NCBI RefSeq assembly: GCF_001194135.2
Contig: NC_068984.1
Span: forward strand, 71,428,838-71,473,105
Source of the DNA: Octopus bimaculoides
Taxonomy: Eukaryota
Reading direction: 5' to 3'
Length of the DNA: 44,268 nucleotides
The position numbers and the translations under genes were made by a program. Shown piece by piece: positions 1 to 11,289 of this stretch; position 1 is the first letter of the stretch; every line of letters starts with the position of its first letter. The notes under the pieces were generated by a model. The model worked only from the letters and a program-made list of their open reading frames with translations. It searched no databases and was not told where the DNA came from.

Positions 1-62
<62 letters not shown>
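1..62. repeat. (AC)n/(AT)n microsatellite
   Basis: Directly visible dinucleotide run. Confidence 0.98.
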
Positions 63-63
<1 letters not shown>

Positions 64-206
64 CCGAAATGTAAAGTTAAGTCTTGTAAGTGCTCTCTTT
101 TTAAGATTGATTCTTATTTCAAACTATTGCATACTTTATTGTTGTCGCATATGCAAGTCTACACATAGAAACTATTGTTTACTAGTGGAGGCTGTGAATA
201 TTTTAT

Positions 207-1282
207 GGAATTAACGGTAAACCTATTGGGTTATTTCTGAAAATCTTATTCAAAACCCTGAAAGCATAGCCTTTGTTCTGTATGTATCGAAAGTCTCCCT
301 TCTGCCAATCATTGAAAATTCAAAGGAAATTGGAATACGATTATTACTTATTTCACAGACTTAATACACAGCGCTCTCCCTGTTTCTCTTTCACTTTTCA
401 CTTTACCTTCTTTTTCTCACTTCTTTTTCTTTCGCTCTTTGCCTTTCCTATGAACTAATCACGTGACTGCGTTACAGACGAGCTAAGTAACGTATAAAAA
501 GAAATTAGTTGAAGAAATTACACATTTCACACAAAACAACCTCTCCTTCCCTTCTTTCCCTTCTGCTCCTCTCCACTATCTCTTATACCCTTCTCTCCTC
601 TTCCCTACCTTCCCTCTTCCTCACCTATTGCCTCCACTCCCCCTTCAGCTAATCACGTGGAAGCTTTTCAGACGGACTAAGTAACGGAGTGACAAGCAGA
701 ATTATTATAAGACTAACGGGACCTGTCAATATTTCAACGGAATTAATGATAAACCTATTAGGCTATTTCCGAATACGTCATCCGAAAGACCTCAAAATAT
801 AGTCTTTGTTGTGTCTGTATAGAAATATAGTTTACCCTATCCAATCACCACCTCTTCTATCACCACCACCACTATCATCACCTTGCTTCCCCTCTCGCTC
901 TCCATCCCCCTCTCTCTGCGCCTTTCTTTAACCTCACCATCCGAACATCACCCCTCTGCTAAAATTATGTTTCTAACTCTCTCTATATCAGTACGTTCAG
1001 CAAACATTTTAAACCACGTAATTAAACATTCTGTTCCCCCTACTCTCTTTTCTCTCCGTCTTTTCCATTTCCCTCTTTACCTAATCCTCTTTTTTCCTCT
1101 CCTTTTCCTTTCAACTAATCACTTGAAAGTCTTACAATTACATTCCCTCTACCTCACGGCATGTACGCTTCTCTCTCCCTTTCTTTTTTTCTCTCTACTT
1201 TTCTTTTTTCCTTTTTGTCTCTAATCACATGAAAGCGTTGCCAACGGGCTAACTAACGTAATGACAAGCAGAATTATTATAA
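207..1282. repeat. Degenerate tandem/satellite-like region: pyrimidine tracts each followed by a CTAATCAC(G/A/T)TG... motif
   Basis: Motif copies at about 455-495, 649-710, 1115-1137 and 1221-1282. A separate ~85-bp repeat (ggaattaa..taaacctatt.gg.tattt..gaa...tag.ctttgtt) occurs at about 207-292 and 739-825. Confidence 0.75.
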
Positions 1283-1817
1283 AATTAGATTAATATTTTA
1301 CTACATGTGCATTATATAGTCGATCTTACAATATCATTACAATATAATTCCTGTTCATCATTGGAAGCCTCTTAATATGTGTCACGTTTTAAAGTCTCGA
1401 CACTTCAACTTGGCTTATGGCTATTTTGTTGTATAGTTGGGTAATGAGATGTGTAACCTTGGTATGCAATACTAGATGCAATCCAACTTCAGAAAAGCTG
1501 TGTGTTTAAGAAGATAGCGCTTTTAGCTAAGAAGTTAATTTTGCAAATACGTGTTTTGTGTTCAACCCCCCATTGTGGAATTTTGGAATCGTTTCCCAAG
1601 ACTAAAATAATCCTCGATACTATCAAATTGCTTTGCTGGGCATATGGGGTGGGGTGAAGATTATTTGGAGATCTGTTAGTAGGAGCATTCTTGTTCATTG
1701 ATAGAAGTCCCTTAACACCTTTCACGTGTTAACATTACCACATCACAACCTACTTGGCTTATGGTCATTCTGTTGTATAATATATGTCAATGTCCTGCCG
1801 TAGCGATAACATCTTAC

Positions 1818-2729
1818 GGGTTTCCCTAGTGTCACGGGGCCCTGAAAAGGATAACAAGCCATGCTTTTGCTACGCTGCAAATCTAATAAAATATTCCAGT
1901 TTCTTAATAACAAGATGAAATAGATGAATGTCGCAATTTCCCTTTTGTCTTCGTTTGAAATTGTGTAACTTACCAGGAAATTCAATATAATGAGTTTATA
2001 GCATAAATTTTCTTGCTTAGGAAACTCGTTATCTAAAACTATATGTAGCATTATAAAGAGTTAGTAAATGATGATTTAAACACAATATGTGCTAATATAA
2101 GATCTTCACAGTAATAAGGCGGCGTTTTGGCTGATTTGTAAGCACGCTGGACAAAATGTTTACCGTCATATTGTCCGGCTTTACGTTCTCAGATCAAATT
2201 TCACCGAGATTGATTTTACCGGTCATCGTTTGAAAGCGATAAAGTAATTATCAGTTGAACACTGGGTTCGCTGAAGTCGACTTTTCCCACCGACAAAAAA
2301 CGCTTGCCTATTGAAAATAATATAAGATTTTAACGCTAATATGCACACATAATATATTTCAAATAGATGCACTAATATTTTGCAGTAAATATAAGGAATC
2401 CCATATAATTTGCCTAATATCTTACACAAAATGTAGTATGTGATCCAATTTCCGGAATTGTGAATGTGAGTGGATCAACAATTTCAAATGCCTAGAAGTA
2501 ACAATTAAAATATGCTTAAAAATTTAAAACCAAAGTGTGGATACAGTACTCATGTCAAACAGACTGTAACTACACTTTTATTAAATTGTTTGCATGAACC
2601 TCTAAATTATGACCGTCTTGATTGTTTTAATGCTGAACCAGTGAAATCGAAAATATGACTTGTTTTTCCAGTGGTGCACATGGAGGATACCAGCATCTTA
2701 CATGTTTAATAACTTTTAAAATGAATTTT
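1818..2729 (-). CDS. Candidate spliced coding micro-exon chain of an unidentified gene: 2729-2702, 2491-2426, 1841-1818 (xKFILKVIKH|AFEIVDPLTFTIPEIGSHTTFC|GPVTLGKP)
   Basis: Three consecutive GTAAGA donors on the minus strand, each with a YAG acceptor and an open frame, in compatible phases (2-0, 0-0, 0-0). No recognised homology. Confidence 0.3.
2118..2330 (+). mobile_element. tRNA-derived SINE, family A (Meta-like core), diverged copy
   Basis: ggcggcg..tggc head, ctttacgttctcagatcaaatttcaccgag (degenerate B box), gcgataaagtaattatcagttgaacactgggttcg core. Aligns by eye to the copies at 25.2, 28.7 and 34.5 kb. Confidence 0.75.
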
Positions 2730-3286
2730 CTGTTGCAATTTCATATTGAAATGACACCAAAACAAATTCCATTTCAATTGTAATTATTGTTTTATGAATA
2801 GAACGGATGCTGACACGTTTGCAATTAGGTAAATATTTAAGAAAAAAGCAAGATAATATGAAATTTTCCGTTAATGAAGAAAATTGACGGTTTGGCGTAT
2901 TAAGGAGATGTATCAACTGGGGAAACGATATACAAGAGATAGCACCTTATACCCCATGAAACCACAGCTCTTTATCATAAAAAGGAAATGATATAATTGA
3001 TATCAAGAGTATATTGTTTTGAGAGTAACATTGAATAATCATTGTTTAACGCTTACACCACTGGTTTTCTAACTGTGATAAAAAAAAGACAGCACCACCA
3101 TCAACACCAGGAACTATCCGAATAGGAAGGACATTAGTAACTTCATGATGAATTTAATCAATAGTTCATTAAATATAACTTGAAAATAGCTTGAATATCC
3201 TAATTTCGTATCACCTTCATGAATAAAATATGATGCATTATAATTCTTTCTAGTTTAGGCAAAAGGCCAGACATTTTTAAGGAGTG

Positions 3287-3415
3287 AGTAATCGATTACC
3301 TCGACCCGGGAATCAACTGGTATTATTTTATCGACTCCACAAAGATGAAGGGCTAAGCTTTCCAGGGGGGAATTTAAACTCCGGACGGACAAACAGACAA
3401 AATATTGCTGCAAAC
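3287..3415 (-). mobile_element. SINE family A, 5'-truncated copy (left arm of an inverted pair)
   Basis: Reverse complement of the core: actggtattattttatcgactcc..gatgaaggg..ggaatttaaactcc. Confidence 0.8.
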
Positions 3416-3422
3416 GATAACA

Positions 3423-3530
3423 TTCTCCGTCTTTACGTTCTGGGTGCAAATTCCCACGTGGTCGACTTTGTCTTTCATCCTTCCTGGGTGTACCAGTCAA
3501 GATCTGGGGTCGATGTACTCGATTTTCCTC
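3423..3530 (+). mobile_element. SINE family A, 5'-truncated copy (right arm of an inverted pair)
   Basis: ccgtctttacgttctgggtgcaaattcccacgtggtcgactttgtctttcatccttcc...ctggggtcgatgtactcga. Confidence 0.85.
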
Positions 3531-3999
3531 CTTCAAAACCTGCAGGGCCTGTGGCAAAGTATGAACCTCATGGATTACAGTTATTTAAAACGAAAACTAA
3601 GCAATACAAACTGAAACAAATATTGAGTAATTACGCTTTCTTTGCGGCCTTATAAATATGTTCCACAATTTTAATATGATATATTTCAATAGTTAATAAG
3701 AATACCTTATAAGTGCAACTGTTAACAATAAATTCTTCTGAAAGCCATATATTGCAGTATCAATGATAAACCGTTTCTTTGCAAGAGAGCTAATACCTTG
3801 TGCGGGTATATTTAATTATGTATAAAATTGCTTCAATGGATACGGTAATTTACATATTTTGATTAACATAGCAGCAGCTGGCAATATTCAAAGTTTCATA
3901 AAAATTTAAACAATATGTAGAATACTACAATAACTACTGCTAATAAAATCAATAATTTTTTTCTTCTATAAACGTGGAAATTGAAATGTTTGGTGGAGT

Positions 4000-4150
4000 G
4001 GGGTTATTCGATTACATTCAACACAGTTCCCAACTGGTACTCATTTTATCGACACTAAAATAATGATATTTGAACTCAAAACGAGAAATGCTGGAAGAAA
4101 TGACTAAATATTTTACTCGGCTTAGCAAATTGTCTGCAAGATCGCCGCAT
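4000..4150 (-). mobile_element. SINE family A, internally deleted copy
   Basis: ttcgattacattc..caactggtactcattttatcgac..tttgaactcaaaacg..aaattgtctgcaagatcgccgc (reverse-complement core, B box and head). Confidence 0.7.
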
Positions 4151-4171
4151 TTTAATGGCAATAATTATTAC

Positions 4172-4410
4172 TTGCGGGAAGCAGAAAAATCGTTAACACA
4201 CTAAGCTAGAATACATAGCAGCCTTTCATCCGTCTTTGCGTTTTGAATTCAAATGCTGCCAAGTCCCTGGCAACATTTGCCTTTCGTCATTTCGGTTTCA
4301 GTAAAATAAGTATCAGTGGATCACGGAGAGAAGTAGTACCACCGGGGTTGATGTAATCACCATATACTTTCTTGTGTGCATGCTGGCCTTGCGCCAAAAA
4401 TTAAATCCAA
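4172..4410 (+). mobile_element. SINE family A, diverged copy
   Basis: gcagaaaaatcgttaacac head, catccgtctttgcgttttgaattcaaatgctgcc, gcctttcgtcatttcgg..gtaaaataagtatcagt, ggggttgatgtaatc, ctggccttgcgccaaaaatt tail. Confidence 0.75.
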
Positions 4411-4614
4411 AAATAAAAATTCCAAATGCTTACATTCATAGCTGCTTGCTAAGGCTCTTTAAGTTTCATTTTAACCATCAACTGATGCATCTTCTAGGAA
4501 GATAATGTTTGTCCATGCCTAGACATGCGTTCATTGAATATTAGAAATAAAGTACAGCACTTGCATGACAGTGATGTTTGATTACAACGGTCACGAGAAG
4601 TCAAGGAGCAGTAA

Positions 4615-4665
4615 CACAAACACTCACGCATATATACTTGCTTGCATATATACACACCTCCGCAC

Positions 4666-4712
<47 letters not shown>

Positions 4713-4942
4713 TACACATATATACACACAAAAACATCGCAAAAATAGACACACACACACACGACTTTACATTTAGACTCACACACATACACACGAAAAA
4801 CCATCTCACAGAAAAACACACACACAATCACACACTTGCATATAAAAGAAAACTTCGCAAAATAAACACCACACACACGTCTGCAAACACACAGAAGCAC
4901 ACACAAAAAACACACACACTTACACTCACATACAGACATACA
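4615..4942. repeat. (CA)n microsatellite with degenerate CA-rich extension
   Basis: Directly visible. Confidence 0.95.
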
Positions 4943-5717
4943 TAGCGGCGAAAATATGAAAATTGAAATGTATTAGATTTACGTCTGTGCTATTTCCACC
5001 TACATCTTTTATATATAAAAATTTGATTTGTATAGATCTCTAATCATTTTTCAACTATGTGTACATAAATACGGTTTTTTTTTTTGCTTTCATCAACACA
5101 ATACACGAGTAGTATAAATATAAACAATTATATATAACCGTATAAAAGTATTAATCTGATTTGTCTTTTATATATATATAACATCCACGTAGAGCATAAA
5201 GATACTGTAAATGGTATTTCCAATGAAGCACAGACTCCGAGTTTGGGGGCTATGAACATCGTCGGGCTCCGGCTAATATCGAAGCTCCTCATGTGGAGAA
5301 GATGCTGGTTTCACGACTGTAAAGCCATTGTATGACTTTGGGGAAGAGTAAAATAAAATCCAAATAAGAAGACGAAAATTTAAGCACATCTTTAAGATCA
5401 GTCCCAACTGTTTCTGTCAGCAACGCCAGTTTTCGCAAAAATTAGAAGAGAAAATTTAAAATATCGATTATATTTTGCTCTTCGCTAAAGACATTTTTAC
5501 TATCCCGAAACCAGGATTTTCTACATAATATATAGTAACTGCATATATGAACACACATGTTTGTATGTAAGCACACATAGGTATATATGTAATTGATCAA
5601 CTTTTGCCTTCCATTCTTTCGATTTACATGAAATAATTTCCAGTTCAGCACTGCTGTTGATGTAATTGACTACTTCCCTCCCAAGAAAAGTTCGAGTCTA
5701 CATGCCTGTAGTAGAAT

Positions 5718-5718
<1 letters not shown>

Positions 5719-5751
<33 letters not shown>

Positions 5752-5785
5752 NNNNNNNNNNNNNNNNNNNNNNNNNNNNNNNNNN

Positions 5786-5847
<62 letters not shown>

Positions 5848-5945
5848 ATGTGTGTATGTGTGTGTATGTGTGTGTGAGTGTCCATTTGTGTATATTTGTG
5901 TGTGTGTGTGTGCATGCATATATGCATACATATATTCATATACAT
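5719..5945. repeat. (AT)n / N-gap (5752-5785) / (GT)n compound microsatellite
   Basis: Directly visible. Confidence 0.95.
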
Positions 5946-5948
5946 TCC

Positions 5949-6265
5949 ATGAATGACCATGCAATTGCACCTAGAAAGTTACCCTCCGCCGTACATGTCT
6001 GGTGAGGTTTGTTTATGGAAGACCAAAAGTCACCAATGCATAGCATCCTTCCCTCTTCACGCCACCTATGTTATCCAATTGCCAGAACTGCTTGGTACCA
6101 GTGACGACAATGCAATAAAAGCCGATACATCTTTGTACCAGTTACATCGCAACTCATTTCTAAAGCGGAGTGTCAATATTATGACACAATGCACATGGAC
6201 ACAACACAGTCCAGTCCAAGAATCGAACTCACGCTATATGCGTGTGTGAGAGCGCGTTCCCGCGT
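5949..6265 (-). mobile_element. tRNA-derived SINE, family B-type, diverged copy
   Basis: Minus strand reads gtgagttcgattcttgg (B box), tgtgttgtgtcc, gaaatgagttgcgatgtaactggtac, ggtcttccataaacaaacc, ggagggtaactttctaggtgcaattgcatggtcattc. I recall this as a common octopus SINE body. Confidence 0.7.
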
Positions 6266-6294
6266 ATGGATACTTGTTTACATTTGTGGTAAAT

Positions 6295-6420
6295 ATATAT
6301 ATATATACGTGTGTGTGTGTATGTGTGTCTGTGTGTGTGTGTAAGTGTGTGTGTGTGTGTGTGTGTGTCTCTGTGTGTGTGTGTGTGTGTGTGTATGTGT
6401 GTGTGTTTGAGTGTGTGAAA
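6295..6420. repeat. (AT)n(GT)n microsatellite
   Basis: Directly visible. Confidence 0.95.
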
Positions 6421-7214
6421 TTAATAATTATACGTTACAAAAATTTGTATTTCCCCTTTCACTTCAGAGTACACCTCTCATTACAGAATTCCTGTATTTC
6501 GTGTCTCTCAGTGATCAATCACACCCACTCCATATGCTGATTTAGTTTCCGTCTACTAGCGCGACCACCGTGGGACACATTGCATGTGGTATGTAAAGGA
6601 AATAAATACTTTGTACGAATTTGTATGCATGTTGTATGAAAGGAAATAAAAAAGCCAAAATATGAGGAGAACAAGAAAATTACATTTAACACACTTCTAA
6701 TTCTATGCAGGTTTGATCACTGTTAATATGTACGCTAAGTCAATAATTCACTCGTTATTCTACGTACTGTTTTACCTACAATAACAACTCTACCTAAATT
6801 TAAACATTTTGTACATGTATACGTATTTAAAACTACCGAGATAAATACATATATTCACATGGATACATGTTATTGCAAACAGGTTGCATACAATTTCTAA
6901 AGATTTTCCATGGACAATAATATATTAATCGATACAACAGCTGCGCATTTATAACATGTTTGGCACATTTTATGCAAAAGTTACAAATCTGCAAAATTGG
7001 CAATATTCTAACATTCACTGCAAAATTTCATGAAGAACAAAACATAGAAGAAAAGAATCCATGTACTTAGAAACGTTAGTTGAACTTTATTTTTGTCAGT
7101 CTAAGAAAACAATAGAATGACCTCAGTGTCACTAAATGCAGGCAACCTGTAATGAGAGGTTTACTCTGAAGTCGAAAGGGAACTACGAGTTTTTGTAAAG
7201 TATATTTATTAATT

Positions 7215-7250
7215 TCACACACTCAAACACACACATACACACACATACAC

Positions 7251-7296
<46 letters not shown>
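7215..7296. repeat. (CA)n(TA)n microsatellite
   Basis: Directly visible. Confidence 0.95.
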
Positions 7297-7299
<3 letters not shown>

Positions 7300-7579
7300 A
7301 AATATTAAGCAAATTTCATCCAGTAATTCGATATCATGTTGACTATTAATAGAAAATTCATCATATAACAGGGAGAATTTAAAAAGTTTCAAGTGGCTAA
7401 GTGTTGTTTGTAATCTCTCTATATATTAACAACTGACTAATTATCAGGGATTGGAATTGAACCAGTGCGTGTGTTAACAATATTGGCATAATAGTTCTCC
7501 CTAGATATTGCAATATATATATATAGTTGAAACAAATATTGTTTTCAAAGTTTGGTATAATGCCAGCAAGATCACCGTG

Positions 7580-7750
7580 TGGGGTAATCGATTATATGGG
7601 CCCAATTCGTCAACTGGCATTTATCTTTTTGACCTCGAAACGATGACAGGTAATGTCGACCTCAGCGGAATTTAAACTTAGAACGTAAAAACAGACGAAA
7701 TGCTGCAAAATTATTTGACCAGCGCGCTGACATTCTGCCAGGACGCAGCA
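7580..7750 (-). mobile_element. SINE family A, near full-length diverged copy
   Basis: gtaatcgatta..caactggc..tttgacctcgaaacgatgacaggtaatgtcgacctcagcggaatttaaacttagaacgtaaaaacagacgaaatgctgc..cgctgacattctgccag. Confidence 0.85.
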
Positions 7751-8171
7751 TTAGTGGAAGCACATAAGCAGAAAAGAGAGGTGTATGTAAGGATCTACAG
7801 GTCATATGCACGTTTCAGCAACATGCCAAAATAATTCCATAAGAGTAGAGACATCTTTCACTCTTGCATTTCACATCATCTGTGTCCATAGATTGCATTC
7901 TGTGTTGCAGTTAGTGTAATGTATAAATTGATTAGGGAAATAGTACGGACGCTAGAGGTAGTAATACTGCAGGACTTCATTTTCAACATGAAATGCATTC
8001 AAGAGATCGATTTGACTTAGACATTTAAAGAAATGCGCCATGCTTATAATCGCATGTTACATTAAAAAATGTTTCAGTCGAAAGAATATTTATTGTATAT
8101 ATATATTTGCATGATCAATGATCCACTTGTATTTGTAAATGATATAAATCGCCTTTCCACAATTCCAGCAT

Positions 8172-8174
<3 letters not shown>

Positions 8175-8219
<45 letters not shown>

Positions 8220-8561
8220 NNNNNNNNNNNNNNNNNNNNNNNNNNNNNNNNNNNNNNNNNNNNNNNNNNNNNNNNNNNNNNNNNNNNNNNNNNNNNNNNN
8301 NNNNNNNNNNNNNNNNNNNNNNNNNNNNNNNNNNNNNNNNNNNNNNNNNNNNNNNNNNNNNNNNNNNNNNNNNNNNNNNNNNNNNNNNNNNNNNNNNNNN
8401 NNNNNNNNNNNNNNNNNNNNNNNNNNNNNNNNNNNNNNNNNNNNNNNNNNNNNNNNNNNNNNNNNNNNNNNNNNNNNNNNNNNNNNNNNNNNNNNNNNNN
8501 NNNNNNNNNNNNNNNNNNNNNNNNNNNNNNNNNNNNNNNNNNNNNNNNNNNNNNNNNNNNN
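8175..8561. other. (AT)n run followed by assembly gap (N 8220-8561)
   Basis: Directly visible. Confidence 0.98.
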
Positions 8562-8574
8562 NCCCCCCCCGTAC

Positions 8575-9005
8575 GAACGAACACGCTATGAGTATTTATG
8601 AACTAATTTTCGGAAGTAGTTACCAAACAATTAACAAACTTGTTGATATAACTGCTTTGTCGTGGAAATCCTGCCAGTGAAGTATGATTGAAGAATTGCG
8701 AATTAAAAAGAGTTGCTGCAAAATTTGTGCCTCAGTTGCTCACGGAAGATCAAAAGCAGTGTTGACTGAATGCGTGTCGTGAACTGAAAGAACAGTTAGT
8801 AGTTGATCCTGACCACTTTTAGAAAGTCATTACCGGTGACGAAAGCTGGTGATATAGAATTTGCAGATGTGGAAATAGTGAAGAAAAACCGACGGAGGCG
8901 AAAAGAGCATCGCGTTGCAAACGTTCCAGCACTGCTTCCATTGGTGGAAAATGCGCCTACACTGATGCATTGCTTGAAATGGAGACTAATTTGAAGGCGG
9001 TAAAA
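8575..9005 (+). mobile_element. Mariner (DD34D-type) transposase pseudogene with an internal deletion
   Basis: Across stops and frameshifts: INKLVDITALSWKSCQ, RVAAKFVPQLLTEDQKQC*LNACRELKEQLVVDPDHF*KVITGDESW*Y (WVPHEL-like motif plus first catalytic Asp at about 8829-8849). It then joins directly to the C-terminal EFADVEIVKK..QTFQHCFHWWKMRLH*CIA*NGD*FEG. Confidence 0.92.
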
Positions 9006-11289
9006 ATGTAAACATGTAAATCTAAGTGAGTAATTATATCTTAATGTGTTTTGGGAAGGTCATAATGCCAATGAAAACAAGCACATACGCTGGTTCTATA
9101 TAACTTATTTATTGATAGTCAATAGTTTAAATACCTAATGAAACTAATCGATCGTTTGCTGACCAACATATTGAAGAAAGCATCGACTAATTACATAGTA
9201 AGATTTTTAACCGATCGACTAACTGTAAATGAATGATATTTAACCAGTGCATATATTTATTGTTACTGACGCATTGACCCACCCAAAACACAACAAAATT
9301 CACATCAAGAATCTTGCAAACCAAATACAAAAATGATATAGAGCTACAAAATACATAAAAGACTACAACAAAGACAATTTTCATGTAAACCTCTTTAGTA
9401 CGTTAGCTTGCTAGTAAATAAAGGCTAGCTGGAAAAGTTGTTGATGTTGCTTGCTGGAAGGTTAACATTATACTTTTGGTAAGATGATACCTAATTACTA
9501 TGCTTGCATGTTTTATATAAATATAATGAAAGCATATGGACGAGTTTCGGACAATACTATTAAAAAAAATAACTTTAAACATGTGGAGCCAAATTGTATT
9601 ATCTTGTGACAATCTGAGATACAAAGCTATTTTTTCATAACTGATTCTATCTTTCCATTGGATATACAGCTGCTTGATGTGCAATTGTAACTCGTAGATG
9701 GTGTTAAATTCCCGATTTTATACGAAACGTCTAGTTATCATTGATAACTACTGGTAAAGGCGGACAACCTAAGAAAATATAATGTATGTAAATGTACGAT
9801 CCCTTATAGTTGTATGTTGTTATATGCATATGGACAACGTAACTGATAGGGGAAGTATACCTCAAACTAAATCACAATAAAATTGATAAGATGAAAGCTA
9901 CGAAGAGCGGGCTTCAAAGGCGAAAAGTCAGAGATTAGAAATTCGTAGAGTTGTATTATCGCAGTTATAACCTTTCCATTTCGATCATCATGACGAGAGA
10001 AATTTATAACTGCTGTAGTAGTTTTGTTGTTGTGTGCAGCAAAATACACGAATTGGAGTTATAGGAAAGTATATAGAATGTATATGATTTACATATAGAC
10101 ATTCCAGTAGCGATGAAAATTCAGAAGGCTACTAGCTACAAGTGTTCCTTTCTTCAATTACACTTTGTTTTTTCGTATATCTTTTGTAATTTAACTCTTT
10201 TGAAAATAGTGCTTTTCACTGTATTGGTGTCATAGTTCCTAAACCTATGAATACTCAGATATTCTGATTGGAAAGTTTTGTAATATATGATTGAGTAATT
10301 ACTTATGTAGACCACAAAATGTATACTTAATGTGGAGATGCTAGCACAAGCAAAGCGCAAAGGTTATCACTGCATTATTTTTTACAGGGTCAAATATACA
10401 GCTGACAAAGAATCTTCCAATCAAGAATGATTCTATCTTCGTAACAGATCTGAACATGATTTCACCTTTCCTTTTCCCAATTCTCTACTGAGGCACTTAT
10501 TCCATTGCATAATCCAATAATACACCATGTATCCACTGAAACGCTGGAATACAATATGATAAAGTGGCTTACATAAACGTATATCAGAAATCACATCACT
10601 AAGTAGTTAGAACAGCCAATTTTCTAATCCCCACATTTTATTTCTAAGTACTTGAAAGATCACTAGTGCTTCTACAACTTCACAAACAGTAAGAGAAGCA
10701 AAAGAAAATGAAAAACAAAACGCATCTCAAATGAATTAGTGAATATAATTCTCAAGAAGCACCAGCAAAATCTATTCAAATATGAGTATTTCCAAATTGG
10801 ATATTCCTCAAATACTACCAGACTTTCTATTCGATGTAACCCGTAGTTATGATTGTAATAGAAACAGGTTATTTATCAGTAGAAAATATGACAAATTTAC
10901 CTAATAATACGTTGCTCCCTTTACAGTAGTTTATATCAAAGCAGCTTGTTTTCCATACGTTATAATATATTCCTTCCATATTCAGTGGTAAAGCAATATG
11001 CCTTCTGTTTCAGAATACTTAGAGTCCTGTGATTAGTTGTAAACTTTCTTAGATTTGATATCTATCTACGCTTTTACAAATCAAGCCATTTGATATGTCT
11101 ATTTATGTATCAAATAGCTAGTAAGTTATCTATCTGTCTGTCTGTCTGTCTTTATATCTACCTTTATAAATGTATATACAAATACATACATACAATCCAC
11201 GTCACCATCAACACATGTACTTTAAGCAAAAAAAGGCGAAAGCAAATAAACAAAACAAAAACAACTAAACATACAACCTACACAAAAAT

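Noticed and set aside
2435-2495. CDPISGIVNVSG (cadherin-like) on the plus strand
   Set aside because: Ends at a stop within a few codons, has no DRE/DxNDN motifs, and is better explained as the antisense of the minus-strand exon candidate.
3284-3655. 123-aa plus-strand ORF and overlapping ORFs
   Set aside because: They lie across the inverted SINE pair and have no protein-family signal.
4565-4945. ORFs rich in TH/VC/YI repeats here and at 5.7-6.5, 29.7-30.2, 33.2-33.6 and 43.7-44.0 kb
   Set aside because: Translations of dinucleotide and tetranucleotide microsatellites, not genes.
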